Of a stretch of 64,000 nucleotides of DNA, positions 62,701-64,000 are shown piece by piece. The notes beneath the pieces are model-generated. The model saw nothing but the letters and a program-made list of their open reading frames with translations. It did not search any database and was not told where the DNA came from. The position numbers and the translations under genes were made by a program. Position 1 is the stretch's first letter; each line of letters begins with the position of its first letter. Source of the stretch: Haliotis cracherodii (Eukaryota); the NCBI RefSeq assembly GCF_022045235.1, contig NW_027266264.1, positions 49,290,001-49,354,000 on the forward strand, in the 5' to 3' direction.

Positions 62701-62798
62701 GTTCTGGGAATTAAGCGATGGATTGGTAGAGCTCCCCATCAAACTGGAGATGACAGCAGTCAATGGGGAGTCCGTCCGTGACATTATAACCAGGATAG
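46722..62798 (+). CDS. Expansin-like protein copy 2, exons 1-5 (terminal exon not found in window)
   Basis: Exons 46722-46823, 46976-47122, 47232-47322, 51863-52007, 62632-62798. Same intron phases as copy 1; open frame throughout. Confidence 0.85.
46976..47122 (+). CDS. Expansin-like 2 exon 2
   Basis: [49 protein letters not shown]|gtaggc. Confidence 0.88.
47232..47322 (+). CDS. Expansin-like 2 exon 3
   Basis: [30 protein letters not shown]. Confidence 0.9.
47358..49086. mobile_element. Two related non-autonomous TIR elements in tandem (about 47358-47720 and 47730-49086)
   Basis: Terminus tttattctccctgcagtgttttattg...gtcgtttat at 47361 and 47733, inverted at 49031-49085; shared internal segment at 47560 and 48125. 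Confidence 0.65.
49130..50270. repeat. Degenerate GT/CT-rich compound minisatellite
   Basis: (gt)n-acccttgttagtctgtgtctttctttgtctgtcgccctct units. Confidence 0.9.
50484..51620 (-). mobile_element. Mutator-like (MULE) element, internally deleted
   Basis: [18 protein letters not shown]...[20 protein letters not shown]. Inverted termini aaacccctacatcccatttcccctaca (about 50490) and tgtaggggaaatgggattaaggggttt (about 51591). Confidence 0.8.
51640..51845 (+). mobile_element. Diverged family B SINE ending just before an expansin exon acceptor
   Basis: tttctaggtttgtcagcaccatac...ctcccatattaagctg. Confidence 0.65.
51863..52007 (+). CDS. Expansin-like 2 exon 4
   Basis: [48 protein letters not shown]|gtcagt. 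Confidence 0.9.
52310..52530 (+). mobile_element. Diverged family A copy with compensatory changes in 5' stems
   Basis: cccg ttgggact cccagtt agaatt ggtcccaa caac aactg atgcctgtc... Confidence 0.7.
52967..55430 (-). mobile_element. 5'-truncated non-LTR retrotransposon (RTE-X/CR1-like ORF2, degenerate)
   Basis: [65 protein letters not shown]; 3' tail AATAAA(CTGATT)n. Confidence 0.9.
56735..56786. repeat. (TG)n(TGCG)n microsatellite
   Basis: Direct inspection. Confidence 0.9.
58959..59121. mobile_element. Inverted pair of Penelope-like terminal repeats
   Basis: Arms of about 65 bp at 58959-59027 and 59053-59121 are reverse complements; same family as 37770-37862. Confidence 0.72.
59031..59073 (+). 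ncRNA. Minimal hammerhead-ribozyme-like motif (U3-A8 core variant)
   Basis: TTGATAA-c-ggtgt[tagaacct]acacc-GAAA-CGTC. Confidence 0.5.
60998..61341. mobile_element. MITE-like inverted-repeat element
   Basis: atgtttcagtcaatgtctataa... / ...ttatagacattgacttaacat. Confidence 0.65.
61796..62143. mobile_element. Non-autonomous TIR element
   Basis: TIRs of about 48 bp, tcttcccgaggcaagggacttaaattactctaaaagtccagtttccac and its inverted counterpart. Confidence 0.72.
62300..62570 (+). mobile_element. Family A copy, full length
   Basis: Homology to other copies. Confidence 0.82.
62632..62798 (+). CDS. Expansin-like 2 exon 5
   Basis: Acceptor ttccag; [55 protein letters not shown]|gtaag. Confidence 0.85.
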
Positions 62799-64000
62799 GT
62801 AAGAACATTAGTCATTGTCGCAGCAGATGTCGTTCATGTTTGACACACACATGCAACGTTATTTGAACAACAAAAACGTGTAATCAGGGACTTTGCTACG
62901 TTGTAATATAATCCTTCTGTGACAAAGCTTTGGGGTTATACTATTGATTAATTACTCCATGGAGACCACTATCACAGCTCACTGGGCCCATTAAACATTC
63001 ATTTTCCTTGGACGGGATAAGTGCGTAAATACTGCCAGACATGAACAGTGACTCTACCTCCAATGTCCATCCTCAAGTCTCCAGTGTATTTAATCTCCAT
63101 TCTGTTATGATAAATAACCCTGCATACTGTAGCTTTTTAAATACTCGATTCGAACCTTGTCTCAAGCATATCCTCGCAGCAAAATGACTTGTCTTCAACG
63201 TCTGAGTTGTGTTATTGGATAGAATGTATGGAGGTTGCAATTTTGAATGTAGATCCATGCCGAACACGCATTCAGAAGAGGTATTTGGATTTGTTTTGAA
63301 TTGAAACTCATCAGCGAGAGATAGTTAGTGCATATTTTCAAAAGACATCAGGGTACCCTGGGAGAATGGTATGTTGGCCACATTTTGGAACTTCAAGGAA
63401 TATTACAAATGAAAATTACTTTTATAATGTGTAATGTTTCGTGGGTTACTTTAGAAGATAACCCCATGTGCAGAGCTGATACGTCCTGTATAGCATCCAT
63501 AAACATTGGAGGCGGTTCTGATGTTTATTGATGGAGATGGGCTTTGTCCAACTTTTCATAATTCTATATCAGCTCAATTCAATGTCATTCATAGAAAGAA
63601 TACTGACAGTTATTATCGTTATTACGGTATCTTATTAAGTAAGATTCTTCAAAGTGGATAAAGGGACCTGGAAGAACTTAAACTCGTAATTTTCCATTCA
63701 ATTTGTAAATGTACCAAGACCGCCATCTTGGATTCTCGATGCGGGGGCCGGCATCGAGCAGTCATTGCCTGGGACTCAGTTTTGGCCGATGTCCAACGAT
63801 ACCCAGATATCATAAATGAGAGTAAGCCAGTGACGTCACTTCCGGAACGAAGGTAGGGTGCCAAATGGGTCCACGGTAGACATCACAATAGAAATGAAGT
63901 ACACTTGGTAATCGAGGATGAGTGTTGTCGATCCATTTCTCACAATATGTTTAAGTTCAATAAAATCCCATATAAACTTTCTGTGTTGCGAATCGTGTAA

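Overview
AT-rich, intron-containing animal genomic DNA. It is most likely molluscan, possibly a gastropod such as abalone; this is an inference from the gene families and repeat landscape. There are two N-gaps (5325-5513, 31325-31470). Manual splicing recovers three genes and one partial gene. (1) An intact 6-exon minus-strand gene (31977->24182, 550 aa) for a secreted, probably GPI-anchored beta-lactamase/PBP-like serine hydrolase with SxxK, YxN and HxG motifs. (2) Head-to-head with it, a tandem pair of plus-strand expansin-like genes (EXLX/YoaJ type, DPBB+CBM63). Copy 1 is complete (36753-43208, 241 aa); copy 2 lacks only its last exon in the window (46722->62798+). (3) The 3' exons of an F-type lectin + PAN/apple gene carrying a frameshift (4958-5824). 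The rest is a dense transposon landscape: one DD34D mariner, three Tc1 relics, a MULE relic, an RTE-X/CR1-like LINE, Penelope-like fragments, MITEs, minisatellites and about 30 copies of four short retroposon families sharing a LINE-type 3' tail. Two RNA-level signals stand out. One is a promoter-less retroposon family whose fixed 5' end folds into a pseudoknot supported by compensatory changes between copies in this window. The other is a set of Penelope-derived minimal hammerhead-like motifs with a U3-A8 core, one in the possible 3' UTR of the beta-lactamase-like gene. No rRNA, true tRNA gene or CRISPR array was found.
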